DNA of 64,000 nt, taken from IMG/VR virus record IMGVR_UViG_3300036770_006511, positions 1 to 64,000 of that record; one strand, 5' to 3'. The stretch comes from a virus. Position numbers and translations under genes: made by a program. This document shows positions 31,136-41,571 of the stretch, piece after piece. How positions within the stretch are numbered: position 1 is the stretch's first letter; each line of letters starts with the position of its first letter. The notes beneath the pieces are model-generated. The model did not search any database and was not told the DNA's origin. It saw only the letters and a list, made by a program, of their open reading frames with translations.

Positions 31136-32350
31136 ATGCCGCAAATTAACGTATTGGTTGTACCATCTGACAGATTTGGTGTTGGAAAATTTCGTTCCAT
31201 CGAACCACACATCTTTTTACAAAATAATTTTTCAGAAGACTTTTTTGTCGAAATTGACTTAAATCCCCCACTCGAGGATTTGGAGTTTTATAAAAAATTC
31301 CAAATTGTTGTCTATCACCGTAGTATTACAAATGACTTTGATAGGTCTTATGAGTTAATTGAAAAACTTAAGGGTTTGGGTATTGTCACTGTCTGTGACA
31401 TGGATGACTATTGGAATCCAACAAAAGACCACCCAATTTATGATGTAATTATGTACAATAAAATCAACGAAAAGATTGTACGTAGTATTAAGCAGTCAGA
31501 TTGGGTAACCACTACAACTTCGTTGTTTGCGGATGAAATTAGAAAATACAATAAAAATGTTTTTGTCTTACCCAACGCAATCAACCCTGATGAACCTCAG
31601 TTCAAAGAAAAAACTATTGAATCGGACAAACTTCGTGTAGGTTGGTTAGGGGGTTCATCTCACTTAAGTGACCTTCAACTTTTGGATTCTTCATTCGCAA
31701 AACTTTCACAGAACTACAAAGACTTACAATTTGTTCTATGTGGATTTGACACCAGAGGTACTATTACAGAAATTAATGGACAAACTGGAGAACATAAAAA
31801 ACGACCCATTAAACCCGAAGAGACTGTTTGGGCTCGTTATGAGGAAATTTTTACCCAAAACTACAAGTACGTAAGTCCTGAATTCGAAAAAGTTTTGAAA
31901 AAGTATACCCAAGACGAACACACAGAGTTTGGAAATGAGTCTTACCGTCGAGTTTGGACACTACCTGTTACCTCTTATGCAAAAAACTATGCAAAATTTG
32001 ATGTATCTTTGGCACCAATCAAAAATCATATGTTCAACAGAATGAAGTCCCAACTAAAAGTTATTGAGGCAGGATTCTACAAAAAGGCTCTTATTGCAAC
32101 AAATTTGGGTCCCTACACTTTAGATTTGAAACACTGTTTGAAGAATGGTGAATTCACTGACGGTAACGCATTATTGGTTGACGAAAATCGAAATCATGGT
32201 GATTGGGCTAAGTTTATAATCAAACTTCAAAAAAATCCTAACCTTGTTAAAGATATGGGTGAAAGGTTATATGAAACTGTTAGTAAAAAATACGATTTGA
32301 ATATCGTGACACGAGACCGAGCTGATTTTTACAAAAGTTTAATTAAATAA
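31136..32350 (+). CDS. GT-B (GT4-like) glycosyltransferase
   Basis: DMDDYW, VLPNAI, VGWLGGSSH, DVSLAP..FNRMKSQLKVIEAG. Confidence 0.85.
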   Translation: MPQINVLVVPSDRFGVGKFRSIEPHIFLQNNFSEDFFVEIDLNPPLEDLEFYKKFQIVVYHRSITNDFDRSYELIEKLKGLGIVTVCDMDDYWNPTKDHPIYDVIMYNKINEKIVRSIKQSDWVTTTTSLFADEIRKYNKNVFVLPNAINPDEPQFKEKTIESDKLRVGWLGGSSHLSDLQLLDSSFAKLSQNYKDLQFVLCGFDTRGTITEINGQTGEHKKRPIKPEETVWARYEEIFTQNYKYVSPEFEKVLKKYTQDEHTEFGNESYRRVWTLPVTSYAKNYAKFDVSLAPIKNHMFNRMKSQLKVIEAGFYKKALIATNLGPYTLDLKHCLKNGEFTDGNALLVDENRNHGDWAKFIIKLQKNPNLVKDMGERLYETVSKKYDLNIVTRDRADFYKSLIK

Positions 32351-32359
32351 TTTTTAACG

Positions 32360-33070
32360 ATGATTAAAACCCCAATAAATAAAATACTTTTTCTTGACAT
32401 CGAGACCGTTGGTTTGGAAAAAAACTACGATGACTTAAGAAAAAATCATCCACGTATTGCAGACCAATTTGACAAGTATTTTGATTGGTTCCTGAAACGA
32501 TTTCCCGAAGACAAGGAAATTGAGTCGGACCAAAAAAATATTGTCTTTGCCACCCGAGCGGCGTTAGTACCTGAATTTGCTAAAGTTGTTTGTGTAAGTG
32601 TTGCCTTTGTTCTAAACAACGGAGAAATTAAAAAACAGACATTTGCCGGTGATGACGAACATCAATTATTAAAGGATTGTCAAAATCTTCTCGATAGATG
32701 TGGTAGATTGGATTTTTGGTTGTGTGGACATAATTTGAAGAATTTTGATATCCCTATGTTGGCTAAACGTATGTTGATTCAAAACTTACTACCACCCTCG
32801 ATTCTTCCTTCCTACGATACTAAACCGTGGGAAGTAAAAGCGATTGATACCAAAGAAGTTTGGCAATTTGGGGCTTATACCGCCATCGGTTCGTTGGATT
32901 TATTGTGTGCATGTATGGATGTACCCTCACCTAAAGAGGGTGAAGTAACAGGTTCAAAAGTACATGACGCATATTGGAATAAAAATATGTTACCCGAAAT
33001 CGCAGAATACTGTGAACGTGATGTTCAAGTACTTGTAGATGTAATTCAAAAATTAAAATCATTAAAATGA
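32360..33070 (+). CDS. PolB-related 3'-5' exonuclease (DEDD)
   Basis: FLDIET, GHNLKNFDIP, YCERDV. Confidence 0.85.
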   Translation: MIKTPINKILFLDIETVGLEKNYDDLRKNHPRIADQFDKYFDWFLKRFPEDKEIESDQKNIVFATRAALVPEFAKVVCVSVAFVLNNGEIKKQTFAGDDEHQLLKDCQNLLDRCGRLDFWLCGHNLKNFDIPMLAKRMLIQNLLPPSILPSYDTKPWEVKAIDTKEVWQFGAYTAIGSLDLLCACMDVPSPKEGEVTGSKVHDAYWNKNMLPEIAEYCERDVQVLVDVIQKLKSLK

Positions 33071-33714
33071 ACGACCACCAAGATAACCTAAATTACCCTG
33101 AGGACGATAATGATTTGAACAATCTCATTGATGCTGAACTACGAAAACTCATCGATGAAATTGAACAACTTACCTTTAACCCTGACTCAACCCAAGAAAA
33201 CTTATCTGAGGATGAAAAAAAGTTAGAAGAAGGATTAAATGAGTTAGATAAATACATGAATAAGGAACTCCTAATTGTTGAACTCCCATTTATGAAGTTA
33301 CACTCTGATGCGGTTTTACCAAAATACGCCTATGAATTAGATTCGGGATTTGATTTGTATAGTGTCGAAGAAGTTAGTCTTCAACCATTTGCTCGAGTAC
33401 TTGTCCCAACTGGTTTGGCATTCCAAGTACCCGATGGGACAGAAATTCAAGTTAGAAGTAAAAGTGGTTTGGCAATCAACCAAGGACTGATGGTTCTGAA
33501 TAGTCCAGGAACTGTTGATTGTGGGTATTTGGGTGAAATTAAAGTTATTGTTATGAATATGAACAACTATGCCGTCACAATACAAAAAGGTCAAAAAGTG
33601 GGTCAAGCGGTACTCTGCCCTGTCTATAATGGAAAAAAAGTTAGGCTAACTGAGAAAGATAACTTAGGAATTTCAGACAGAGGAATAAATGGATTTGGAA
33701 GTACAGGAATATAA
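33067..33714 (+). CDS. dut: Trimeric dUTPase with acidic N-terminal extension
   Basis: SGFDL, RSKSG, GTVDCGYLGEI, GQAV, RGINGFGSTG. Confidence 0.92.
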   Translation: MNDHQDNLNYPEDDNDLNNLIDAELRKLIDEIEQLTFNPDSTQENLSEDEKKLEEGLNELDKYMNKELLIVELPFMKLHSDAVLPKYAYELDSGFDLYSVEEVSLQPFARVLVPTGLAFQVPDGTEIQVRSKSGLAINQGLMVLNSPGTVDCGYLGEIKVIVMNMNNYAVTIQKGQKVGQAVLCPVYNGKKVRLTEKDNLGISDRGINGFGSTGI

Positions 33715-35348
33715 TGATTACAGTAGGTTATTCAACTCGCTCACATAAACCCGAACTAATAGAGTATTTTAAAAAATCGTCGGGTAACCCAAATCACGTT
33801 GAAGTAATAGAAAAAATTAATGACGGAAGTAAATCTCTGTCAGAAGTTTATAATGAAATTATTTCAGAATCTAAAAGTGATATTGTAATACTGTGTCACG
33901 ATGATATCTATTTTGACACCAACGCATGGTATTCAAAAGTTCTAAGGAACTTTGAGAAAACTGAATTTGGTATTATTGGTGTCGCGGGAACACCCAAATT
34001 ACCTGAAAGTGGTAGGTGGTGGGAAGACCGTTCAAAAATGTTTGGTATTGTAAATCACGAAAGTGAAGGAAGAAAATGGACCTCAACATACTCCTCGAAT
34101 TTAGGAAATGAAATCAAAGAAGTTGTAATTGTTGATGGTGTTTTTATTTCTATTCATAAGAAAAGAATCAAAAGTCAGTTTCTCGAAGAGTTTGAAGGAT
34201 TTCACTTTTACGACTTACCGTTCTGTTTGGAAAATTATTTGAATGGTGTTAAGGTCGGTGTATGCACAAATATTCGGATAACCCACAAATCAATTGGAGA
34301 AACCAACCAACAGTGGGAAGATAATAGAACTCTTTTCGTAAAAAAATACGAAAATAGTTTACCTGTTAAAGTTCCGTTTGACCCCAAGCATAAAATGAAA
34401 GTCCTTATTTCTTCTATGTTTTTTAGAACTTTTACTGGGTCTGAGGTTTATGTCTATGAGTTGGCAAAATCACTTAAAAAACAAAATTGTGAGGTAACAG
34501 TTCTTTCACAAATTGGTGGACCTCTTACTGATTTGGCAAAAAAAGAGGGAATCAAATGTCTGTCTTTCGAAGAAGCCCCTGGTTTTAAAATGGGTGATGG
34601 TAAATGGTTAGTAATGGGTCCTGACGGTAATCCACAACCTTCAAACCCAACAACACTTTATAAAACAAGTGAGGTCGACTTCGATATAATTCATATTCAA
34701 CACAAACCCGTGATGGAAAGAATTATAAATTTGTATCCCAATATAGATAAAATTGCTTCCATTCACTCTGAGGTAATTGAGTTGGAAGACCCAATTATTC
34801 ACGATTCAATTAAACATTACATAGCAATCAGACCTGAAATCAAAGAACATATTGTAAGTAAATTTGGTATTGATGAAAATAAGGTTTCAGTAATTTATAA
34901 TCCAATCGACAAAAACAAGTTCCCTACATTACCTAAAAAAGAAAATGGTTATATTCTATTCGTTGGTACTATCGACTACCTGAGGGAGTTTGCAATTAAA
35001 GATGCTGGAGAATATGCCATATCATTAGGAAAAGAACTTTGGTTGGTCGGAGAGGACAAATCCATTTATTTAAAAAGTTATTTGAATAACCCATCCATTA
35101 AACATTTTCCATCAACTTGGAATCTAAAACCTTTTATCGAAGGTGCATACGAAACTGCAGGAATTCAATTAGGTCGAACCACAATCGAAAGTTGGATGAG
35201 TGGTAAAGACAGTTGGATTTACAAAGTCAACGAAAATGGTGATATTATTTCAAAAGAAAAAACTTCATCTCCTGAGGATATCGAGAAATTCTACTCAGAA
35301 AATGTTGCAAAACAAATTAAAGAAGAGTATTTAAAAATATTGTCGTGA
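33714..35348 (+). CDS. Two-domain glycosyltransferase (GT-A plus GT-B)
   Basis: LCHDDI, GIIGVAG, VDGVF, FHFYD; then FTGSEVYVYELAK, VIYNPID. Confidence 0.8.
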   Translation: MITVGYSTRSHKPELIEYFKKSSGNPNHVEVIEKINDGSKSLSEVYNEIISESKSDIVILCHDDIYFDTNAWYSKVLRNFEKTEFGIIGVAGTPKLPESGRWWEDRSKMFGIVNHESEGRKWTSTYSSNLGNEIKEVVIVDGVFISIHKKRIKSQFLEEFEGFHFYDLPFCLENYLNGVKVGVCTNIRITHKSIGETNQQWEDNRTLFVKKYENSLPVKVPFDPKHKMKVLISSMFFRTFTGSEVYVYELAKSLKKQNCEVTVLSQIGGPLTDLAKKEGIKCLSFEEAPGFKMGDGKWLVMGPDGNPQPSNPTTLYKTSEVDFDIIHIQHKPVMERIINLYPNIDKIASIHSEVIELEDPIIHDSIKHYIAIRPEIKEHIVSKFGIDENKVSVIYNPIDKNKFPTLPKKENGYILFVGTIDYLREFAIKDAGEYAISLGKELWLVGEDKSIYLKSYLNNPSIKHFPSTWNLKPFIEGAYETAGIQLGRTTIESWMSGKDSWIYKVNENGDIISKEKTSSPEDIEKFYSENVAKQIKEEYLKILS

Positions 35349-36070
35349 TAAAAGTTGTTAGTTGTTTTTGGAATGCGGAAAAGTACATTGGGAAATGTGT
35401 TGAGTCTCTTTTAATGCAAAAACATACAAACTTTGAGGTTTTTTTTATTGATGATATGTCTACAGATAATACTGTAGAAAAAATAAAAAAACTCATTGGT
35501 ACTGACCCTCGTTTCAAAATAGCGGTAAACTCAGAAAAAAAATTCAAACTTAGAAACTTAGATGAATTAATCAGAACCTTTGATGACGAGGACATTGTAA
35601 TCGAATTAGATGGGGATGATTGGCTATATGTTCCTACAGTTTTGAGTGAGATTGAAAAAACATATCAAGACCCATCAGTGTGGCTCACAAACGGTTCCTT
35701 TATGTATTCTAATGGTATGAAAGGATTTTCCTCTAAATGTAATCCAAACTCAATTCGTAGAGATGCTTTTCGGTTTTCACATTTGAGGACTTGGAAATCT
35801 TTTTTGTGGAAAAATATTCCGTTGGAAAACTTCAAAGAAACCAATGGTGAATACTTCAGGTCAGGTGCAGATGTGGCATACACTTTTCCACTTTTGGAAC
35901 TGGCTGGTGAGGAAAACTACAAATTTATCCCTAACGTATTATATGTTTATAATGGGGAATCTCCCTACAATGACCATAAAGAAGGAAGTGCTTGTGGAGG
36001 TTTATCGGAACAATCACGAGTCGCAAATATCATAAGAAATAAACCCCCCCTTAAAAAATTAATTAGATAA
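35345..36070 (+). CDS. GT2 glycosyltransferase
   Basis: NAEKYIGKCVES, IDDMSTD, LDGDDWL. Confidence 0.85.
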   Translation: MIKVVSCFWNAEKYIGKCVESLLMQKHTNFEVFFIDDMSTDNTVEKIKKLIGTDPRFKIAVNSEKKFKLRNLDELIRTFDDEDIVIELDGDDWLYVPTVLSEIEKTYQDPSVWLTNGSFMYSNGMKGFSSKCNPNSIRRDAFRFSHLRTWKSFLWKNIPLENFKETNGEYFRSGADVAYTFPLLELAGEENYKFIPNVLYVYNGESPYNDHKEGSACGGLSEQSRVANIIRNKPPLKKLIR

Positions 36071-36885
36071 TGTCAGAAGTTATTTCAACTGCATTCCTCA
36101 TGGGAGGACTTGGAAATCAAATGTTCCAAGCCGCACATGCACTTGCACAGGGTAAAAAACACAACGTACCTGTGAGGTTTAAGTGTGAATCATGGACACC
36201 AATGCAAGGGAGACAAACTCCCGAATATAAAAACAATATTTTCAGAAACCTCGATTTCAATTGGATTGAAACTCCGCTTAACCGAGTGGTCGAAGGTCCT
36301 TGGGAATATTCTGAAATTGTTGCAGATTGGACTCGTGCCACTGAATTTTACGGATACTTTCAAAGTAGTCGTAACTTTTTGGGTTATGATGATTACATCC
36401 GAGAAACCTATTCCCCCACTGAGGAATTCAAAAATGAAGTCTACGAGAAATACCCTCAATTGAATCAAGACAATACTCTGTCCATACACATTCGTTTGGG
36501 AGATTATAAAAACAACCCACACATTCACCCATCAATTTCAGTTGAATACATCAATAGAGCCCTTGCTGAAATTGGAGGTTATTCACACGTGTTCATTTTT
36601 AGTGAAGACAAGGAATGGATTAGAGAAAACTTACAATTAGAAAACTCAACTGTGGTTGATGAAGAAGATTGGAAAGAACTATGGATGATTTCAATGTGTA
36701 AAAACAACATCAATTCTAATTCAACGTTCTCTTGGTGGGGTTCATTTTTAAATCAAAACCCAAATAAAAAGGTGGTTGCACCATCGATTTGGTTTGGACC
36801 GAGTGGTCCACAATATTATAAAGACATTTACGAGTCTTATTGGACTGTATTGGATGTTGTATATGATAACGGACTCTTAAAATAA
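36070..36885 (+). CDS. GT11 alpha-1,2-fucosyltransferase-like
   Basis: GGLGNQMFQ, GYFQS, HIRLGDY, NSTFSWWG. Confidence 0.9.
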   Translation: MSEVISTAFLMGGLGNQMFQAAHALAQGKKHNVPVRFKCESWTPMQGRQTPEYKNNIFRNLDFNWIETPLNRVVEGPWEYSEIVADWTRATEFYGYFQSSRNFLGYDDYIRETYSPTEEFKNEVYEKYPQLNQDNTLSIHIRLGDYKNNPHIHPSISVEYINRALAEIGGYSHVFIFSEDKEWIRENLQLENSTVVDEEDWKELWMISMCKNNINSNSTFSWWGSFLNQNPNKKVVAPSIWFGPSGPQYYKDIYESYWTVLDVVYDNGLLK

Positions 36886-36891
36886 AAAACT

Positions 36892-37701
36892 ATGGTAAAA
36901 ATTAATATGCTTTCTCGAAACTTTGCACACGACAAAGGTTCCACCGCGAATAAACCACCAGTTCACATTGAGTGGGCTTTTGGTTCTTATGATAACCCTA
37001 TCTCAGTCTATTTGGATAACGATGCAATGAGGGGGGTAAATGATAAAAGTAATGGTAAACTTAGTTTTCTGTGGTTAATCGAATCAAGAAGATTTGATGG
37101 TGGTGCAATTGATACCATCAAAAATAACTTGGATGCAATTGTAAACACATACGAACAAATTTGGACTCACAACCAAGAGTTGTTGGCACTTCACCCCAAA
37201 TTCAAATGGGCACCCGCGTATGGTAGTTATATCACAGATTTTGGTATTCACCCGAAAACTAAACTCGCTTCGATGATTGTTTCAGACAAGAGATGGACTC
37301 GTCAACATGAAATTCGTCACGATTTTGCAATGGCAAATAAAGAAAACATCGACGTATACGGACGTGGTACTCGTGAAATAGCAAAAAAAGAAATTGGTTT
37401 AAACGACTATATGTTCTCGTTTGCTGCGGAAAACGATACCTACGACACTTACTTCACGGAAAAAATCTTGGATTGTTTCGCTACGGGGACTATTCCTATT
37501 TACATGGGAACATCAAGAATTGTGGAACATTTCAATCCTGATGGAATATTGTTCTTTGATGGTACCTACGACTTGAGTACTCTAACACCCGAACTTTACT
37601 ATTCTAAAATGGATGCAATTAAAGACAACTTTGAACGTGTACAAAAATATAGTGTGTTGGATGATTGGTTGTTTGAAAACTACCTAGTTCATTATGTCTA
37701 A
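36892..37701 (+). CDS. GT10 alpha-1,3-fucosyltransferase-like
   Basis: YMFSFAAEN..YFTEKILDCF..GTIPIYMG. Confidence 0.75.
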   Translation: MVKINMLSRNFAHDKGSTANKPPVHIEWAFGSYDNPISVYLDNDAMRGVNDKSNGKLSFLWLIESRRFDGGAIDTIKNNLDAIVNTYEQIWTHNQELLALHPKFKWAPAYGSYITDFGIHPKTKLASMIVSDKRWTRQHEIRHDFAMANKENIDVYGRGTREIAKKEIGLNDYMFSFAAENDTYDTYFTEKILDCFATGTIPIYMGTSRIVEHFNPDGILFFDGTYDLSTLTPELYYSKMDAIKDNFERVQKYSVLDDWLFENYLVHYV

Positions 37702-38404
37702 AATTTGTTTGATTAATCAACCGGCTGGGTTGGGTGATATATTCTTTCTTCAAAAATTTGTCGATAAAAAAATTTCTGAAGGGTTTGAGGTTATATTCCC
37801 AACCCTTCCGTCTTTGATTTATGTTAGAGATTACATAAAAAAAGATGGATTAAGATTCTTCTCCATTGACGAGGATTTTCCTCATAAAGGATTTATGGGT
37901 CACCATGACATTGTGAAAAACGAAAATTTGGAATACTATCCTTTTCACATTGCAGACAGACGAATTCCAGGTTCTTGTATGGAAGCAAAATACACTCTTG
38001 TGGGAGAAGATTATCTTGGATGGCAAGACCACTTCAGTTGGACAAGAAATTTAGAAAAAGAAAATGAGTTGTACTATAATATTTTGGGACTAACAGACGG
38101 TGAAGAATATTCCTTAGTTTCAAACGTGTGGGGCACTCCACCAACAAATAATTTTCGTGAAGTTCCCATCAGTGGAAAATACAAAATTGTTCAGGTTAAA
38201 ATGGTGGATGGATTCACTCCTTTTGATTGGTCAAAAGTTATCGAAAACGCAAAAGAAATATCAATTGTGGACACATCATTCAATTACCTTATTGAAAAAT
38301 TGAATTTAAAATCGGAGAATCTTTATCTAACTTCAAGGTTTACTCCTCCTGACTTTTCCCATATTATTAACATATTCAAGAAAAACTGGATATATCAAAA
38401 CTAA
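37694..38404 (+). CDS. Putative glycosyltransferase
   Basis: QPAGLGDIFF N-terminal motif, VDTSF; context. Confidence 0.45.
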   Translation: MSKICLINQPAGLGDIFFLQKFVDKKISEGFEVIFPTLPSLIYVRDYIKKDGLRFFSIDEDFPHKGFMGHHDIVKNENLEYYPFHIADRRIPGSCMEAKYTLVGEDYLGWQDHFSWTRNLEKENELYYNILGLTDGEEYSLVSNVWGTPPTNNFREVPISGKYKIVQVKMVDGFTPFDWSKVIENAKEISIVDTSFNYLIEKLNLKSENLYLTSRFTPPDFSHIINIFKKNWIYQN

Positions 38405-38405
38405 A

Positions 38406-39389
38406 ATGAAAAAGAAATTTTTAATCACAGGAATTACAGGTTTTGCTGGACCAAATTTGGCGAAACTTTTACTAAAAGAAGGACACGAAGTTCACGGGGT
38501 AATTAGATGTCCAAACGGCAGACAAACTGATTTGTTGGATATTCTTACCATTGATGAGTTGAATGCAATTACCTTTCATAATCTCGATTTGAGACTTTAT
38601 CACAGTGTACAAAAGTTGTTCTCAACCCACCAATTTGATGGTGTGTTTCACTTGGCGGCACAATCACATCCACCCACCAGTTTTTCTGACCCCATTTTGA
38701 CATTCGAAGAAAATGTTACTGCAAGTATGAATATTATCACCTGCTTGGATAATACAGATACTAAACTAATGTTCTGTTCTACCTCCGAAGTTTATGGTGA
38801 TACGTGTAAAGACCGTGGAATTTTGAGTACAACTGACCCCCTTACACCTCATAACCCCTACGCAGCATCAAAAGCGGCAATTGACTTGTATTTGCAAGAG
38901 AGATTCAAAAATGGATTTATCAAAGGATTTATCACACGTGCATTCTCTCACACAGGACCTCGTCGTGGTTTTAACTTCTCTATTTCATCTGATGCATATC
39001 AAATCGCTCAAATGGTACTTGGTAAACAGGAAAAGGTTCTAAGAATTGGTAATCTTAACACTGAGAGAGTTGTTATTGACGTAAGGGATTGTGTCAACGC
39101 CTACTACCTACTTATGATGACTGAGGAATCAAATGGTAAAGTGTTTAATGTTTGTGGTACAGAAAAACACAAAATGCAATACTTCACAGATAAGTTAATC
39201 GAAGCATCGGGTATCCCCTATGATGAAATCGAACAACGTATTGATGAAAAATTGTACCGACCCATCGACATTCAAGTACAAATTGGTGATTCAACGGAAC
39301 TCAAAGATATTACAGGTTGGGAACCCACTTACACCATTGAAGAAACTATGAGAGACCTGTTAAACTACTGGATTAACAAACTTAAGTAA
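38406..39389 (+). CDS. GDP-mannose 4,6-dehydratase / GDP-4-keto-6-deoxymannose reductase-like SDR
   Basis: ITGITGFAG, HLAAQSH, STSEVYG, PYAASK, IGNL. Confidence 0.85.
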   Translation: MKKKFLITGITGFAGPNLAKLLLKEGHEVHGVIRCPNGRQTDLLDILTIDELNAITFHNLDLRLYHSVQKLFSTHQFDGVFHLAAQSHPPTSFSDPILTFEENVTASMNIITCLDNTDTKLMFCSTSEVYGDTCKDRGILSTTDPLTPHNPYAASKAAIDLYLQERFKNGFIKGFITRAFSHTGPRRGFNFSISSDAYQIAQMVLGKQEKVLRIGNLNTERVVIDVRDCVNAYYLLMMTEESNGKVFNVCGTEKHKMQYFTDKLIEASGIPYDEIEQRIDEKLYRPIDIQVQIGDSTELKDITGWEPTYTIEETMRDLLNYWINKLK

Positions 39390-39390
39390 T

Positions 39391-39780
39391 ATGGAAAAAC
39401 CAATGATTATCAACACCCACGAGTGTCCCGAATGTAAGATTCCAAAAGGATGGGGACATGAAGTTATTTTTGAAAATAACGAATTGTACTGTGGAAAATT
39501 ATTGGTTTTTAAAAAGGGGTGTTCTTTCTCTATGCACTACCATATGATTAAAGATGAAACTTGGTATGTACAAGAGGGTGAATTCATTTATAAATGGGTC
39601 GATACAGAAACCGCAGAAGTTGTACAAGAGGTTTTAGTTCAAGGTGATAGTGTTAGACAAAGACCTGGACAACCTCACCAACTCGAAGCATTAACAGATG
39701 GAGTTATCTATGAGGTTTCAACACAACATTTTGATTCTGACTCCTACCGTGTTTGGAAAGGAGAATGTCGCAATCAGTAA
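39391..39780 (+). CDS. Cupin (sugar isomerase-like)
   Basis: KGWGHE, SMHYHMIKDETWYV, PGQPH, EVST. Confidence 0.8.
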   Translation: MEKPMIINTHECPECKIPKGWGHEVIFENNELYCGKLLVFKKGCSFSMHYHMIKDETWYVQEGEFIYKWVDTETAEVVQEVLVQGDSVRQRPGQPHQLEALTDGVIYEVSTQHFDSDSYRVWKGECRNQ

Positions 39781-40169
39781 ATGTTTGGGTTAACGGTACT
39801 TTTGATATACTTCATCGCGGACACCTTGAACTCTTTGAGTTTGCGTCCAAGTTAGGAAAGTTGAGGGTCGGGATTGACACCGACGTTAGAGTTAAAAAAT
39901 TAAAAGGGGAAACCCGACCTATCAACACATTCGAGGACAGAAAATTTTTCTTAGAGTCCCTATCTTTTATTGACAGTGTTGTCGGATTTTCAACTGATAA
40001 AGAACTGGTAGAACAAATCGAATTTTGGAACCCAAAATATTTTGTCATTGGGACAGACTATTTCGGGAAAAATATTATTGGTCGAGACAAAGCACAGAAC
40101 CTTATTTTTTTTGAAAAAATTTCAGGTTACTCAACAACAAAAATTATTGACCAATGTACAAAGTACTAG
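39765..40169 (+). CDS. Cytidylyltransferase-family nucleotidyltransferase (HldE/RfaE domain II-like)
   Basis: NGTFDILHRGH, KGETRPIN, GYSTTKII; likely ATG start at 39765. Confidence 0.85.
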   Translation: MSQSVNVWVNGTFDILHRGHLELFEFASKLGKLRVGIDTDVRVKKLKGETRPINTFEDRKFFLESLSFIDSVVGFSTDKELVEQIEFWNPKYFVIGTDYFGKNIIGRDKAQNLIFFEKISGYSTTKIIDQCTKY

Positions 40170-40903
40170 TTGTTGGGGAAAGTTGTTTAGATGTTTTCAC
40201 TTATGGTGATGTGGAACGTCTATCTCCTGAAGCTCCAGTACCAGTTTTCAAACCAAAAAAAGATGTTTCTAACCAAGGTATGGCGGGGAATGTTGTCAAA
40301 AATTTGGAAAAGATTTCCACCAATTCTGAAATAACATTTTGGACTCAAATCGAACAAATTACAAAACAAAGGATGGTTGATAAAAAAACCAACCATATGT
40401 TAATTAGGGTAGATACAGGTGAAAATTCTAAACTTTCTGAATTAGTTTTAGACCAAGAACTAAAGAAAACTATTTCCGAGTTTGATGTAGTTATAATAAG
40501 TGATTATAACAAAGGTTTTATCTCTGAGGAAACCTTCGTTGAAATCGGAACTTTGTCTAAACTTTTATTTGTGGATTCGAAAAGAATGTTGACGCAAGAA
40601 ATGATTGATGTATCAAATTTCATTAAGTTGAATCAACAAGAATACTACAATAACAAAGAAATTGTTCACCAAAATCTCGAAAAATTTGTAATCACCTTAG
40701 GTGCGGAGGGTGCTCAATATCTTGGTACAATATACCCTTCACCTAAACCTCAAGAAACTATTGATGTGAGTGGAGCGGGTGATACTTTCATCGCATCCCT
40801 AACCATCAAATATTTAGAAACAAATAAAATAACAGAAGCAATTGAGTTTGCAAATAAAATGTCCTCCATTGTAGTATCGAAAAGGGGGGTAGTAACACCG
40901 TAA
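40154..40903 (+). CDS. PfkB sugar kinase (HldE/RfaE domain I-like)
   Basis: RLSPEAPVPV, GMAGNV, ISDYNKG, DVSGAGDTF. Confidence 0.85.
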   Translation: MYKVLVVGESCLDVFTYGDVERLSPEAPVPVFKPKKDVSNQGMAGNVVKNLEKISTNSEITFWTQIEQITKQRMVDKKTNHMLIRVDTGENSKLSELVLDQELKKTISEFDVVIISDYNKGFISEETFVEIGTLSKLLFVDSKRMLTQEMIDVSNFIKLNQQEYYNNKEIVHQNLEKFVITLGAEGAQYLGTIYPSPKPQETIDVSGAGDTFIASLTIKYLETNKITEAIEFANKMSSIVVSKRGVVTP

Positions 40904-40908
40904 TTATA

Positions 40909-41571
40909 ATGAGTTTATTCGGAGCATTTTGGGATAAGGACCCAAATCCTGTAGGTGGTAGTCAGTTTGGTAATAACAAAGGGCTATTTTATAATCTAAA
41001 CTGGTACCCTAAAGGGGTATTACACATTGGTGCTTGGGACGCATGGGAGGCTAAACAATATGCTCACTATTGTGGTTCTAACTCAATTTTTATCGAGGCC
41101 AACCCAAAGTCCTATGAAAGGTTTAAAAAAGAAATTGAACAATTTGGTCAGAAAATTTTTAATTTTGCTGCGTGGAATGAAGACGATAAAGAAATGAATT
41201 TATATTGTCCACCAGGTCGAGAAGACACAAGTTCACTCATTCAACAAACAGGAAATATAATAAAAGTTCATACTATACGAATGGACACATTATTTGATAG
41301 ATTCGGGTTCAATTTTGATAACTTTGATTTATTAAACATCGACACTGAAGGAGTGGAGCTCCAAGTGTTACAAGGTTTGGGTGAAGGATTAAAAAAATTT
41401 ACTTATATCATTGTTGAGGTTAGTGATATAGGAAGTGAATCGGATAAAAATGTAAATCAATATCTCATCGACAATGGATTTGAATTTATAAAAGATAGTA
41501 CCCACCACCATAGTGGTATAAATAACAAATGGTTTTGTGATAAACTATACAAAAAAAATGACAATATCTGA
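40909..41571 (+). CDS. FkbM-family methyltransferase
   Basis: LHIGA, IEANP, LNIDTEGVELQVLQG. Confidence 0.8.
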   Translation: MSLFGAFWDKDPNPVGGSQFGNNKGLFYNLNWYPKGVLHIGAWDAWEAKQYAHYCGSNSIFIEANPKSYERFKKEIEQFGQKIFNFAAWNEDDKEMNLYCPPGREDTSSLIQQTGNIIKVHTIRMDTLFDRFGFNFDNFDLLNIDTEGVELQVLQGLGEGLKKFTYIIVEVSDIGSESDKNVNQYLIDNGFEFIKDSTHHHSGINNKWFCDKLYKKNDNI

